Counted from the stretch's first letter, positions 1 to 11,020 are shown. The stretch: 64,000 nucleotides of DNA from Spirulina sp. (GCA_044070495.1 JBIPSI010000002.1:1-64000), one strand, 5' to 3'. Program-made: numbers and translations. Notes: generated by a model from the letters alone, not told the origin.

Positions 1-219
1 CACGGTTGACCCTGAACCTTGTTTTGCCTCTAAAAAGGCAGAAGCCCGATATTATGACCAAATCTGGTTCTCTAGGATCCAATCCATGCGCTGTCAGCTA
101 CCCCCTGTGGAGGCGGCATAAAGATGTGTCAGGCAGTCAGCCACTAAGGCTTTTGGGGCCAATCGCTGGCCCTTAGTAGGACTGTTCGTAAGCCTTCCCC
201 TTTAAAGGGCAAAAGCTAG

Positions 220-435
220 CTAGTTCGAGAGCAATTCGGGCACTAGCAAGCCCTTTAGATCTAAGTTTCTAAGGTTGACCTTTGAGGAGGCGAGGTCAAT
301 CTCTAGGCCAACCACACCACCCGCTGCGTCAAAGTCCACGACGACATCGGGAGCAATTTCCGCTGACTCGGTGCTGGGCTGGTCGTTGAGCCGAATGGAT
401 AGGGTATCGGTTTCTGGGAAGTACTGAATTTTCAT
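220..435 (-). CDS. DUF2283-family small protein (putative antitoxin)
   Basis: MKIQYFPETDTLSIRL...VVVDFDAAGGVVGLEI pattern typical of DUF2283; 4-nt overlap with upstream gene. Confidence 0.75.
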   Translation of the reverse strand: MKIQYFPETDTLSIRLNDQPSTESAEIAPDVVVDFDAAGGVVGLEIDLASSKVNLRNLDLKGLLVPELLSN

Positions 436-686
436 GGCTCTAACCCCTTTTCAAGTCGTGATCGAAAATTGCGGTCGAAGTAAGCATTGTGCAGCGTCTC
501 CCCATCTTCTAGCGTAATGACTCGAAGGACACGATAGCCATACTCTGCAATCACGGCCCAATGACTCATGCGCCCATTCGGCTGAGTGACTGTTTTCAGG
601 GGGTTAGCTAGAACGTGCTGACACCAGACCCGTTGAATTTCAGGGCGCTCCAGTAGTTTCTGCTCAAAGTAAGGCGTTGTTTTCAA
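432..686 (-). CDS. DUF4258/RelE-like small protein (putative toxin partner of DUF2283)
   Basis: 84 aa, RVLRVITLEDGETLHNAYFDRNF C-terminus; translationally coupled to the DUF2283 gene; TTG start. Confidence 0.6.
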   Translation of the reverse strand: MKTTPYFEQKLLERPEIQRVWCQHVLANPLKTVTQPNGRMSHWAVIAEYGYRVLRVITLEDGETLHNAYFDRNFRSRLEKGLEP

Positions 687-832
687 GGCGCTACTCCGCA
701 GGTTGGTGTCGTTTCAGCTTATCTTGTTAGTCCTCTGCCATGCTGGTCAAATGAACTGCAATGGATCAATCTGCCTCCCCAGGTAGATTGATCGGCAGGG
801 CTGAGGGTGGATGCTGAACGTAACGTTGGCCA

Positions 833-2944
833 ATGGGGGCAATGGTAATGGGCGTAATGGGCGGGTGGGTCTCCATGGGATATGAACGTTTGATGGGCCA
901 GGGGCTGAGTGTTCCGGTGCTGGCTTCTCAGTTTTTTAACGAGCCGATCACCGATCCGGTGGCGGTGTTCCTGACCATTTTGGCGGTAATGCTGATTGCG
1001 CCGCTGCTGGTGGAACGGCTGAAGCTACCCGGCATTATTGGCCTAATTTTGGCTGGGGTTGTGATTGGCCCCTATGGGCTTGGGATTCTAGAGCGAGACG
1101 ATACCATTATTCTGCTGGGCACTGTGGGGCTGTTATTTTTGATGTTTTTAGGCGGCCTAGAAACCAGCCTGGATGATCTCAAAAGCAATGCCGACAAGCC
1201 GATTATTTTTGGGTTCGCTACGTTTCTGCTGCCTATGGTGTTGGGCACTGGGGTGACCCTGGCCCTGGGCTATAGCTTTTGGGCCTCGGTGTTGGTGGCC
1301 TCCTGCTTTGCCTCCCACACCTTGGTGGCCCTGCCTGTGCTGAATAAGCTGGGCATTATGCGCCACCCAGCCACCACGGCCACCCTAGGGGCGACGTTAA
1401 TCACCAACGTCTTAGCCCTGCTGGTGTTGGCGGTAGTCGTAAAGGCCGACCAGGGGGATTTAACCCTAGGATTTTGGCTATTTTTGATTCCGTCTTTGAC
1501 CATTTACACGGTTGCGGTGCTGTGGGGAATCCCTAAATTAGGCCGCTGGTTTTTTAAAAAATTTGGCCATGATGAAGGGGCCGAATTCACCTTTGTACTA
1601 GCGACGCTCTTTGTAGCGTCTTACTTGGCGAGCCTGATTGAAATTGAGCCGATTGTGGGAGCCTTTTTGGCTGGGGTGGCGATTACCCAAATCATTCCCC
1701 GTCTTAGCCCGTTGATGAACCGGGTACAGTTCATTGGCAATACCCTATTTGTGCCAATTTTCCTCATTTCTGTAGGGATGTTGGTGGATCCATCTATCCT
1801 AATTCGAGAACCGAAATCCTTACTGTTTGCCGGGATTTTAATCGGCACCGAATTGATCAGTAAGTTCTTGGCGGCCTGGGGATCGGCTCGCTGGTTTGGT
1901 TGGCGGTTTCCCAGTGCCATGACCATGTTTGGCCTCTCCATTGCCCAGGCCGCTTCTACCCTGGCGGCTATTACCATCGCTTTCAATATTGAGTTGGTGG
2001 ATGAGGTGGTGGTGAATGCGATTATTTTGATGATTTTAGTGAGCTGTGTGCTGTCGCCCTGGATTGTGACCCAGTGGGGGCCAAAGATGTCTACCGAAAC
2101 AACTCAGGCTTCGACTCATGATAGATCTGGGGCATCGGAAGGTATCTCCAACAACGAGAATCCCATTTTGGGTCAGCGCATTTTAGTGCCCGTGGCCAAC
2201 CCCAGCACCGAGGATAACTTGCTGCAATTGGCGATTATTCTAACCAAGCGGGTAGGGGGTACCTTACTACCCATCCATGTGCTGCCCGACCGCAACCAAC
2301 CCATCACCGACGCGGCTAAAAATCACCAGCGACGGTTGTTAGATACCGCTGAAACCATTGCCCATGCCGCCGCCATTCCTGTGGAACCCATTGGCCGCAT
2401 TGATGATTCGGTGGATTGGGGCATTTTACGCACCAGTCAAGAACACGATGCCGACCTATTAATTTGCGGATGGAAGGGCTATTCCAACTATCGAGAGAAT
2501 TTCTTTGGCAGCGTTCTCGATAACATTGTGCGCTCGGCAACCGTTCCTGTCCTGATTAGCCGCTTTCCGCAGCCGATTGAAAATACCGAATCCATCCTTT
2601 TTGCTATCACAGGGCAGCAGGCCGATATGACCCAAATCCAAAGTACGTTAGCGGTGGCTCAGGCCATTTCTGAAGAACTGAAGGCCCCCCTGCGAGTGCT
2701 ACAACTCACCATTGGCTCGGTTCGAGATCGCGCCCTAACCCAGTTTTTAAATACTCAATCGGTGACCGTGCAACCCGTGCAGGGCAACGCCGTACGACGG
2801 ATTTCTGAAGCCATTCAGCCCAACACGCTACTGATTTTAATCGCCAGCACCTACAACGTGGGTCAACCCGCCCTTGGTCGAGAACCGGAGGCCATTACCC
2901 GTGCCAATTGGGACACAAATATTATGGTGATGAACTTTCCCTAA
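833..2944 (+). CDS. CPA2 cation:proton antiporter with C-terminal universal-stress-protein domain (NhaS5-like)
   Basis: About 12 TM segments, LKLPGIIGLILAGVVIGP, IEPIVGAFLAG; RILVPVANP USP domain; true start may be a slightly later ATG. Confidence 0.85.
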   Translation: MGAMVMGVMGGWVSMGYERLMGQGLSVPVLASQFFNEPITDPVAVFLTILAVMLIAPLLVERLKLPGIIGLILAGVVIGPYGLGILERDDTIILLGTVGLLFLMFLGGLETSLDDLKSNADKPIIFGFATFLLPMVLGTGVTLALGYSFWASVLVASCFASHTLVALPVLNKLGIMRHPATTATLGATLITNVLALLVLAVVVKADQGDLTLGFWLFLIPSLTIYTVAVLWGIPKLGRWFFKKFGHDEGAEFTFVLATLFVASYLASLIEIEPIVGAFLAGVAITQIIPRLSPLMNRVQFIGNTLFVPIFLISVGMLVDPSILIREPKSLLFAGILIGTELISKFLAAWGSARWFGWRFPSAMTMFGLSIAQAASTLAAITIAFNIELVDEVVVNAIILMILVSCVLSPWIVTQWGPKMSTETTQASTHDRSGASEGISNNENPILGQRILVPVANPSTEDNLLQLAIILTKRVGGTLLPIHVLPDRNQPITDAAKNHQRRLLDTAETIAHAAAIPVEPIGRIDDSVDWGILRTSQEHDADLLICGWKGYSNYRENFFGSVLDNIVRSATVPVLISRFPQPIENTESILFAITGQQADMTQIQSTLAVAQAISEELKAPLRVLQLTIGSVRDRALTQFLNTQSVTVQPVQGNAVRRISEAIQPNTLLILIASTYNVGQPALGREPEAITRANWDTNIMVMNFP

Positions 2945-3019
2945 TGGTGATATTCCGGGGTTAGCTTGCTAGGCTGGAAGCGGTCTCCTCCTGTTCCCCT
3001 ACTGCTTCTTGCGACTCCT

Positions 3020-5422
3020 ATGCAGGTGCTTCCCCAGTCCGTTGATGATATTTCCTTGTCCCAAGCTCCGGCCCCAGCGGCCCACGATACCGTGGTGCTG
3101 AATGTGCAGGGGATGATGTGTGCGGGCTGTGTGCGGACGGTGGAAAAGTGCTTAGCCCAGGTCGATGGCGTGGTGGCGGCCACGGTGAACCTGGTGACGG
3201 AGGTAGCGGTGGTTGAAACCGAGGCCGGACGGCTGACCCCGGAGAATTTGGCGGCGGTGGTGACGGAGGCGGGATTTCCGACGACCCCTCGCGCCACCGA
3301 TGGCGACAGCACCGACGACCTGAAAGCCTGGGTAGACCGCAAGCGGGAGGAACAACGCCAGCAAAGCCAGCGCCTTGCTATAGCCATCGGGCTGCTGCTG
3401 TTATCGACGCTGGGCCATTTCAAACATTTTGGCTGGCTGACGGTGCCCATCCTCAGCGACCTGTGGTTCCACGGCCTGCTGGCCACGGTGACGTTGATCG
3501 GCCCCGCACGGGAAATTTTGGTGGATGGCTGGCAGGGAATGCGGCGGCTGGCCCCCAACATGAATACCCTGGTGGCCCTAGGCAGCGGCAGTGCTTACCT
3601 GGCGAGCCTAGTGGCCTTAGCCTTTCCGGGCCTGGGCTGGGAGTGCTTTTTTGATGAACCCGTGATGCTGCTGAGCTTTATTTTGCTGGGCCGCACCCTA
3701 GAACAACGGGCCAGGTTTCGGGCGGCGGATGCCCTGCGATCCTTGGTGGAGCTTCAGCCCAGTGTGGCCCGGTTAATTGCCGACCCCACCGCCGCCGAGG
3801 TGGCCCAAACCGGGGTGGAAGTGCCCGCCAGCTACGTGCAAACCGGAGAATGGGTGCAGGTGCTACCGGGGGAGAAAATCCCCGCCGATGGGGTAATTAT
3901 CGTGGGGCAATCCACCGTGGATGAGGCCATGCTGACCGGAGAATCCATCCCCGTCCTCAAGCAACCCGGAGACAGCGTGGCGGCGGGCACCCTCAATCAA
4001 ACCGGAGCCATCGCCCTACAAGTGACAGGCACGGGGCAGAACACCCTCCTGGCCCAGATGATTCGCCTGGTGGACACCGCCCAAAGCCGCAAAGCCCCCA
4101 TTCAGCGGTTGGCCGACAGTATTTCCGGCTACTTCACCTACGGCGTCCTCTCCCTGGCGATACTGACCTTTCTGTTTTGGTACTTCATTGGCCTACCCCT
4201 GTGGCCAGAGGTGATGCCCGCCGCCCTAGGCATGGCCCACATGGAACACACGATGACCACCACATCATCGACCCTGCTGGTGAGCCTGAAGCTGGCCATT
4301 GCGGTAATGGTGGTGGCCTGTCCCTGCGCGTTGGGGTTAGCCACACCGACGGCGATTCTGGTAGGTTCGGGCCTGGGGGCCGAGCGGGGTTTGCTGATTC
4401 GCGGCGGCGACATTTTGGAGGCGCTGAACCAAGTCGATACCGTGGTGTTCGACAAAACCGGAACCCTCACCCTAGGCCAGCCCAGCGTCACCGAAATCCA
4501 GGCTTTACGGGACGGCCTCAACCACCAGGATATTCTGCAACTCGCGGCCACCGTGGAAAGCGGCACCCAGCACCCCCTAGCCGTAGCCATCCAAACCGCC
4601 GCCCAGGATCAATCCTTGTCCCTGCTCCAGGCTGAGGATTTCGCCACCGAACCGGGTCTTGGCGTTTTGGCCACCGTCACCTGGCAGGACATCCCTACCC
4701 CCTGCGTTCTGGGTAATCAAATCTGGCTAGCGCAACAGGGTATTACGATTCCCGAATCTGCCCTAAACGCCGTACAAGCCCTGGAAAACGCTGGCAAAAC
4801 CGTCGTTTATGTGGGTCTAAGCACCGATTTAGTGGGGTATCTAGCCATTGCTGACCAATTGCGTCCCGAAGCCGCCAGCGTCGTCCAACAATTGCAAGGC
4901 CGGGGCTTGACCGTCCAACTGTTGAGCGGTGATCGTGCTACCGTGGCCCAGGCCATTGCTGCCCAGGTGAACCTTACCGCCGATCAGGTCATCGCTGAAG
5001 CCTCGCCGCAGCAAAAGGTGTCCAGCATCCAAGCCCTGCAAGCTGCTGGCCACACCGTCGCCCTGGTGGGGGATGGCCTCAACGATGCCCCCGCCCTGGC
5101 CCAGGCCGATGTGGGCATTAGCCTTCAGTCCAGCACCGACATTGCCGTAGACACCGCCGATGTCATCCTGATGGCCAACCACCTCTCTGGCCTGTTGGAA
5201 ACCCTGGATCTAAGCCAAGCCACCGTGGGCAAAATTCGCCAAAATCTAGCCTGGGCCTTCGCCTACAACCTAGTCGCCATCCCCCTCGCCGCCGGAATTT
5301 TGTTGCCTACCCTCGGCACCAGCCTCAGCCCCGCCGCCGCTGGAGGTCTGATGGCCTTTAGCTCGGTGACGGTGGTGGTGAATTCCCTTCTGCTGCGTCG
5401 CTCGGTTGCCAAGGCCGCCTAA
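3020..5422 (+). CDS. ctaA: Cu(I)-type heavy-metal P1B ATPase (CtaA/PAA1-like)
   Basis: GMMCAGC HMA motif, [34 protein letters not shown] and MAFSS Cu-site motifs; ATG 3020 chosen. Confidence 0.85.
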   Translation: MQVLPQSVDDISLSQAPAPAAHDTVVLNVQGMMCAGCVRTVEKCLAQVDGVVAATVNLVTEVAVVETEAGRLTPENLAAVVTEAGFPTTPRATDGDSTDDLKAWVDRKREEQRQQSQRLAIAIGLLLLSTLGHFKHFGWLTVPILSDLWFHGLLATVTLIGPAREILVDGWQGMRRLAPNMNTLVALGSGSAYLASLVALAFPGLGWECFFDEPVMLLSFILLGRTLEQRARFRAADALRSLVELQPSVARLIADPTAAEVAQTGVEVPASYVQTGEWVQVLPGEKIPADGVIIVGQSTVDEAMLTGESIPVLKQPGDSVAAGTLNQTGAIALQVTGTGQNTLLAQMIRLVDTAQSRKAPIQRLADSISGYFTYGVLSLAILTFLFWYFIGLPLWPEVMPAALGMAHMEHTMTTTSSTLLVSLKLAIAVMVVACPCALGLATPTAILVGSGLGAERGLLIRGGDILEALNQVDTVVFDKTGTLTLGQPSVTEIQALRDGLNHQDILQLAATVESGTQHPLAVAIQTAAQDQSLSLLQAEDFATEPGLGVLATVTWQDIPTPCVLGNQIWLAQQGITIPESALNAVQALENAGKTVVYVGLSTDLVGYLAIADQLRPEAASVVQQLQGRGLTVQLLSGDRATVAQAIAAQVNLTADQVIAEASPQQKVSSIQALQAAGHTVALVGDGLNDAPALAQADVGISLQSSTDIAVDTADVILMANHLSGLLETLDLSQATVGKIRQNLAWAFAYNLVAIPLAAGILLPTLGTSLSPAAAGGLMAFSSVTVVVNSLLLRRSVAKAA

Positions 5423-5432
5423 GGAGATTCGG

Positions 5433-7517
5433 ATGTTGCCCAGCCGGAAGGTCACCCTGGAGTCATCCAACCCCAACCGGGAACGATTGGTGGCGGCGGT
5501 GTGGGCTGAGGTCTGGGATCGACGGCAACAGTCCCTCCAGGGGGCGGTTTGGCGGCATTATCGCCTGGACTTGGATTCCCTCGGTACAAGTCAGCTCACC
5601 ACAGGGCACATCGTCGCTGAACCGCCTACGGTCGATGCCCCAGCCCCGTTTCCCTGGCATGGCACTTGGCATAACTGGACGGTTGATGATGACTCCGGGG
5701 ATGGGTTACCTGAAACTTGCTCACCTGAAACTTGCCCACCTGAAACTTGCCCACCTAAAGATCAAGCAAACCATGGTGCAGCAAATGTCTGGACTGAGGA
5801 TCAACCTGGGGAAGAGGGCGAGCGGCTAGACAGCCTACAAGGCAACCTGGGATCTATCCTGATGGAACGGTTTAGCCAACCCGCCACCGCCGGACAACTG
5901 TGGGTTACGGGATCATCGGGCATGGGCAAAACGACGGCACTAGTGGAACTGGCAGCGGCCCTGGTGCAGCGGGCCGAGCAGGATGATCAGGCCCCCATTC
6001 CGGTGCTAGTCCATGCCTTGGCGGCGGCGGGTGATCGATCCGATGGACTACCCTGGCTGGTGGAAGCCTTGCAGCACAAATACGGGATTGACCCGAAGCT
6101 GGGCTATCGCTGGCTCATGGACGGGACGATTCTTCCACTCCTAGATGGCTGGGATGAGATCTCGCCCCAATCCCAGACCGAGCTAGCCGTGTGGATTCAA
6201 GATTGGTGGCGACAGGGTAAGCCGATGGTGGTGGCGGGCGATGCCGGGGATAGGCCGATTCCCAGACCCAGGGCCATTCTCACACTGCATCCCCTCACGG
6301 ACGACCATCTAGCAACGTACCTATCTGCCCTCGGCTTGACAGATTGGTGGAAAGACCTCCAAGCCCAGTCCGCCCCCTTGGCCTTGGTGAGAACCCCCCT
6401 CCTGTTGATGCTGGCATTGCTGACGCGCCCAACCCAGGAGCCAGATCCGGGTTGGCCATCCTCCCCTGGGGATCTGATAGACCGCTTCATTGCCCAGCAA
6501 CTCCAGGCTATTCAACAGAATCGTGACTCGTCCCCTACGCCCTCCCTAGACCGCTGGCTAACCTGGTTGGCCCAGATCCACCCGCACCACTGGGGGGATA
6601 TTTTTCGGCTGGAGACCATGCAGCCCACCCTCCTGAAGAAGAAATCCCAGCAGCGACGGTATCAGCTTTTGGGGAGTCTGTTGTTTGGGCTGGCGGGGGG
6701 GATGATCTTTGGCCTGTTTGTGGGGCGGGGGTCTGGGTTGCTGGCCTTGGCGGTGATTAGTCTTATGTCGATGCTGGTGCGAAGGGAGACCACCATCGAC
6801 ACCGAGGCCGACCTCTGCCCAGATTTCCTTAGTTTTCTGCGCTTCATTGCGGTTCGGCAGATTAATTTCATCCTGTTGATCAGTGCGGCGACGGGGGTGG
6901 GGGTATTGCTCACGTCCCAAAGCCTGGTGGGGCTGGTGGTTGGGCTGCTGATTGGGCTATTGGTGGGGCTGGCGGTAAGGGCGATTATCCTCATACCAAG
7001 CGGTTTGCTAGGCGGGATCATCTATGGCTTCAGTCGGATGTTGGACGAGGAGGTGGCGGTGCGTCAGCGGCCCAACCAGGGGATTCGGGTGCGGCTAGAA
7101 TATTGCCTGGGGCTAACGGCTTTGTTTCTCTGGGGGCTGATTTTGCTCAAGCTCCTAGTGCTAGGAATTTTGCCCCAGGTGGCCCCAGCGTTGACTGTCC
7201 ATAGTCAAACGTTCTTGCACCTGGCGTCGCTCATTCTGGCCCTGGTGCTGTGGGCCAACATTTTTTCCAGCGGCCTGGTCTGCGCCCAACATGCGGCCCT
7301 GCGTCTGGTGCTCTATGGGGCTGAGGGTCTCCCTTGGAATCTCGCTCAAGCGTTGCAGGTGGGCTGCGATAACCACCTTCTCCAGCGGGTGGGAGGACAC
7401 TATCGGTTCATCCATCCCCAGGTGCGGGATCGGCTAGCCCAAGGATTTCCCCAGGGCAAATCCTCCAATTCGGCATCTCAAAACATCAACATCGATACCC
7501 CAACCCAAAAAACCTGA
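5433..7517 (+). CDS. NACHT-type STAND NTPase with C-terminal multi-TM region
   Basis: Walker A GSSGMGKTT, Walker B LPLLDGWDE, TPLLL, PNQGI and LQRVGGHYRFIH motifs; AAGGAG RBS before ATG 5433. Confidence 0.8.
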   Translation: MLPSRKVTLESSNPNRERLVAAVWAEVWDRRQQSLQGAVWRHYRLDLDSLGTSQLTTGHIVAEPPTVDAPAPFPWHGTWHNWTVDDDSGDGLPETCSPETCPPETCPPKDQANHGAANVWTEDQPGEEGERLDSLQGNLGSILMERFSQPATAGQLWVTGSSGMGKTTALVELAAALVQRAEQDDQAPIPVLVHALAAAGDRSDGLPWLVEALQHKYGIDPKLGYRWLMDGTILPLLDGWDEISPQSQTELAVWIQDWWRQGKPMVVAGDAGDRPIPRPRAILTLHPLTDDHLATYLSALGLTDWWKDLQAQSAPLALVRTPLLLMLALLTRPTQEPDPGWPSSPGDLIDRFIAQQLQAIQQNRDSSPTPSLDRWLTWLAQIHPHHWGDIFRLETMQPTLLKKKSQQRRYQLLGSLLFGLAGGMIFGLFVGRGSGLLALAVISLMSMLVRRETTIDTEADLCPDFLSFLRFIAVRQINFILLISAATGVGVLLTSQSLVGLVVGLLIGLLVGLAVRAIILIPSGLLGGIIYGFSRMLDEEVAVRQRPNQGIRVRLEYCLGLTALFLWGLILLKLLVLGILPQVAPALTVHSQTFLHLASLILALVLWANIFSSGLVCAQHAALRLVLYGAEGLPWNLAQALQVGCDNHLLQRVGGHYRFIHPQVRDRLAQGFPQGKSSNSASQNINIDTPTQKT
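5709..5756 (+). repeat. 15-bp tandem repeat x3 (CCTGAAACTTGCYCA) encoding PETC(S/P)
   Basis: Seen directly, in frame within the NACHT gene. Confidence 0.9.
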
Positions 7518-7579
7518 CCTATCATTAGCGCCAGGGGTGAGTCATGTCGGTCAGCCCCCAGAGATAGAGGGGAATCATT

Positions 7580-9259
7580 ATGAATCTACGTCACGTCCTG
7601 TTGATCGGTGGGGTGCTGGGAACCCTGGTCCTTGTGCCCCCTGTGGCCTTGGCCCAAGACACCACGGAGACCGAACCCGCCGCCGCCGACCTCGTCAATC
7701 CGGTGGCCGACGATCTGGCGGATTCAGACGACCCGATGGATTCGGAGGATAAAAAGCCGGACTCCGCTGAGGAAGACAGCCCGGATGGCAACGGTGCCGA
7801 GGCATCCCCCACGGAGACCAGCCCCCAAGACATTACCCCTGGGGACAGCTCGATGGAGACAACGCCCCTAGAGGATTTCGGCATCGAAAATCCGCCCCTG
7901 GAGGAGATCCCCTTGGAGACAGGTGCGGAGGGCGAGGCTGAACCCACCGCCGAGGAAACCGTAGACCCCAGGGTGGCCGCCGTCGAAGCATTGAATCAGG
8001 GCATTGAGCGCTACAACGCCCAAAACTACACCGAGGCCCTAGAGTTTTTTACCGCCGCCCTCACCCTCGATCCCGGTAATGCCAATGCCTATCTCTATCG
8101 GGGGCTAACCTTTTCTCAACAGGGGCAAGATGATTTGGCCTTGACCGATCTCAATCGCGCCATTGCCCTAGCTCCCAGCAATGCCACCGCCTACTTGGCC
8201 AGGGGCACGGTGTTCTATCGCCAGGGGGAAATAGCCCAGGCCCAGGCCGACTTCAACACCGCCCTCACCCTCGATTCCGGCACCGTCAACGCCTACCTCT
8301 ACCGGGGCCTAATTGATGCCGAACAGGGTCGCCAAGACCTTGCCCTAGAGGACTTTTCCGCCGCCCTGGCCCTCAACCCCAACCTGGCCTCGGCCTACCT
8401 GTTGCGGGGCTTTGCCCACGAATCCCTCGGCAACTATCCCGATGCGGTGACGGACTTTAGCCGCGCCATTGAATTGCAGGGGGATCTGGCCCGCGCCTAC
8501 ATGGGCCGAGGGGTGGCCCACTATCGCCTAGGGCTGTACGATGTCGCCCTTAACGACCTGAATGAGGCGATTAACCGCAACAATCAACTGGCCAGCGGCT
8601 ACCTCAACCGCAGCCATGTCTACTTCCGCCAAGGACGGCCCACCCGCGCCCTCCAGGATCTCGACCGAGCGATTGAACTGAATCCTCAACTGGCGGAGGC
8701 GTATCTGAGTCGGGGTACCATTCGGGCCAGCCAGGGCAACCTGCGGGGGGCCGAGCAAGACTTTGCCCAGGTACTCCAACTCAACCCCGATTCCGCCGTG
8801 GCCTACAAGCAAAAGGGCGATGTGATGCAGCGGGCCGGAAACCCCATGGCCGCCATCGACAGCTACACCGAAGCCCTGTTTATCGACCCCACCTACGTCG
8901 AGGCCTACCTGGCGCGAGGGGAGGTGCGGATGGCCACCGGGGATCCCTTTGGGGCCATTGACGACTATAGTCAAGCCCTCGCGGTGCAGCCCAACAACCT
9001 CGATGCCTACGCCGCCAGGGGTTCCGCCTACCTAATGGTGGGGCAAGCCCAAAACGCCTTCGACGACCTCTCCCAGGCGATTCTGCAAGGCCCCAACCAA
9101 AGCAACCCCGACCTGTTTTTCAATCGGGGCCTGGTGCGCGCCCGTTTGGGGGATAGCACCGGGGCACGGCGAGACTTTGAGCAGGCTGCCAACCTCTACC
9201 TACAGCAAGGCAACGCCGCTGGCTATCGCCAAACCCTCGACCAAATGCGGAACCTCTAG
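7580..9259 (+). CDS. Exported tetratricopeptide-repeat protein
   Basis: Signal peptide ending ALA, acidic linker, then about 12 TPR units (AYLYRG...A..DF..A). Confidence 0.9.
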   Translation: MNLRHVLLIGGVLGTLVLVPPVALAQDTTETEPAAADLVNPVADDLADSDDPMDSEDKKPDSAEEDSPDGNGAEASPTETSPQDITPGDSSMETTPLEDFGIENPPLEEIPLETGAEGEAEPTAEETVDPRVAAVEALNQGIERYNAQNYTEALEFFTAALTLDPGNANAYLYRGLTFSQQGQDDLALTDLNRAIALAPSNATAYLARGTVFYRQGEIAQAQADFNTALTLDSGTVNAYLYRGLIDAEQGRQDLALEDFSAALALNPNLASAYLLRGFAHESLGNYPDAVTDFSRAIELQGDLARAYMGRGVAHYRLGLYDVALNDLNEAINRNNQLASGYLNRSHVYFRQGRPTRALQDLDRAIELNPQLAEAYLSRGTIRASQGNLRGAEQDFAQVLQLNPDSAVAYKQKGDVMQRAGNPMAAIDSYTEALFIDPTYVEAYLARGEVRMATGDPFGAIDDYSQALAVQPNNLDAYAARGSAYLMVGQAQNAFDDLSQAILQGPNQSNPDLFFNRGLVRARLGDSTGARRDFEQAANLYLQQGNAAGYRQTLDQMRNL

Positions 9260-9295
9260 GGCGCAACGGCGGCCATGGTGTCATTGCCCCTGGGC

Positions 9296-11020
9296 CTAGT
9301 CCTCCGTCGGCGGGGCAGGGGGCGGTGACGCAGGGGCGGCTGGGGGCGGCGCAGGACTGACCGGTGCCGGGGATGCCGGTGGCCCAGGATCGCTGGGAGC
9401 CGTGGGTTCGGGGGCGGCAGGAGGCGAAACCCTAGGTGCAGGATCCGATTCCACCGCAGGGGCAGGGGCCGTCGGGATAGACTCAGCCTCCGGGGCAGCC
9501 GTAGGGGCAACCACAGGTTCAGGGGCAGGTTCAGACTCAGGAACGGCCATAGGTTCAGGGGCAGGTTCAGACTCAGGAACGGCCACAGGTTCAGGGACGG
9601 GGTCAGACTCAGGAACGGCCACAGGTTCAAGGACAGGTTCAGACTCAGGATTTGCTGTCGGCGCAGGGGCAGCCGAGGTTGGCGAGGGGGATGGCACGGA
9701 CGTAGCTGGCGGCAACGGCACCTCAACGGACTGACGCTCGCCCCGACGACGGGCATCCTGGTTGCGGCGCGATCCCTCAATGGTGAGGTCGTACTCGATG
9801 GGCACCCTGGCCCCACCCGCTACGGGCTGAAAGCGAGAATTTCTAGCGGCCTCGATGGCGGCCTGGTCAATGGCGGCATTGCCGCTGGACTGGGTGAGGG
9901 TCACGCTGCGTACGCTGCCATCGGGGTTGATGTCAACGCTCACCCTAGGTTGGCCCTCGGCCCCTTCGTCCAGGGCGCTTTGGGGATAGTTGGGGCGCAC
10001 ACAGTTTTGACAAGCCACGGTGCGGGATCCCCTGCCCTGACCGCTGCCGCTGCTAGGGGCCGTAGCCGTTTCCTGGCTGTCTCCCGTTGGCGCGAAGGGC
10101 ACCGTTCCCTGCCCTGCCGTAGGATTACGGGCGGCGGTGGCGGATCCGGCCCCAGGGGTCGTTTCAGCACTGGCCGATCCTGCTTGGGCCGATCCTGGGA
10201 CGTTGGTTCCGGTGGCCACGGCATCCGTGGAAGCTGGGCTATCTTGACCACCGCGCAGACGTTGCAGCCAATCTTGGAACTGTGCCCTTCGGGTGGCTGT
10301 AAGTTCGGTGACGGAAGGCTCTGGGGCATCCGTTTCGGAGGAATCGGTTGTCGCTGTGATGGGGTCATCCTCCGGCGCAGAATCTTCCTCTGGGGTGGGC
10401 GTGGCGGCGGTAGGCTGGGGTTCCTCTAGGTCTGAGTCTGCCTGGGTGTCTGCCGTTAAGGGATCGGAGGCGGCTAAGGATTCTGGTTCTGAAGGTGCTG
10501 GGGTTGAAGGGGTTGAAGGTGCTGGGGTTGAAGGGGTTGAAGGTGTTGGGGTTGAAGGTGTTGAAGGTGCTGGGGTTGGAGGTGCTGGGGTTGAAGGTGT
10601 TGGGGTTGAAGGTTCTGGTTCTGTAGGATTGTCTGGAGCGTCTGGGGCGTTTGCCGCCACTGGAGACTCTGGAGATTCCGAGGGGGGCATGGCTGGAGCC
10701 AGGGGCACTACGGCTGCTGGGGCCGAGGCTACTGCGTTACCAGGGGTTCCACTGGCCGGGGCTGGATCGTTGGTTTGGAGGCCAAGGTCGGCGGGGGGCA
10801 CGGGGCTGGGCTGGGGGGCCGGATCATCGGGATCCACCTCGGTAATAATCAGTTCAATGGGCGACCATTCCTCTTCGGCCACCTGCCACAGATTTATCTG
10901 ACCCACACCAAAGGCAGCGGCATGGACACCTAGGGAACCCGCTAATCCCCACAGCAAAATTTTGCGTAGCTTTTGCTGCTCGCGCTCGTGCTGTTGATTG
11001 CAGATGTCGGAAAGGCCCAT
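9296..11020 (-). CDS. tonB: Energy transducer TonB family protein
   Basis: N-terminal TM with SLGVH, Pro-rich spacer, TonB_C domain (PNYPQSALDEGAEG..SSGNAAIDQAA); divergent from exbBD. Confidence 0.85.
   Translation of the reverse strand: MGLSDICNQQHEREQQKLRKILLWGLAGSLGVHAAAFGVGQINLWQVAEEEWSPIELIITEVDPDDPAPQPSPVPPADLGLQTNDPAPASGTPGNAVASAPAAVVPLAPAMPPSESPESPVAANAPDAPDNPTEPEPSTPTPSTPAPPTPAPSTPSTPTPSTPSTPAPSTPSTPAPSEPESLAASDPLTADTQADSDLEEPQPTAATPTPEEDSAPEDDPITATTDSSETDAPEPSVTELTATRRAQFQDWLQRLRGGQDSPASTDAVATGTNVPGSAQAGSASAETTPGAGSATAARNPTAGQGTVPFAPTGDSQETATAPSSGSGQGRGSRTVACQNCVRPNYPQSALDEGAEGQPRVSVDINPDGSVRSVTLTQSSGNAAIDQAAIEAARNSRFQPVAGGARVPIEYDLTIEGSRRNQDARRRGERQSVEVPLPPATSVPSPSPTSAAPAPTANPESEPVLEPVAVPESDPVPEPVAVPESEPAPEPMAVPESEPAPEPVVAPTAAPEAESIPTAPAPAVESDPAPRVSPPAAPEPTAPSDPGPPASPAPVSPAPPPAAPASPPPAPPTED
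9512..9648 (-). repeat. 36-bp tandem repeat (about 4 copies) encoding PESEPAPEPVAV-type units in the TonB tail
   Basis: Repeated ggttcag...cagactcaggaacggcca units seen directly. Confidence 0.85.
10491..10613 (-). repeat. 9/15-bp tandem repeats encoding the (PST/PAPST)n spacer of TonB
   Basis: gaaggtgctggggtt / gaaggggtt units seen directly. Confidence 0.85.

Noticed and set aside
10491..10613. Tandem repeats as a possible CRISPR array
   Set aside because: No unique spacers; the repeats are in frame within tonB; no cas genes in the window
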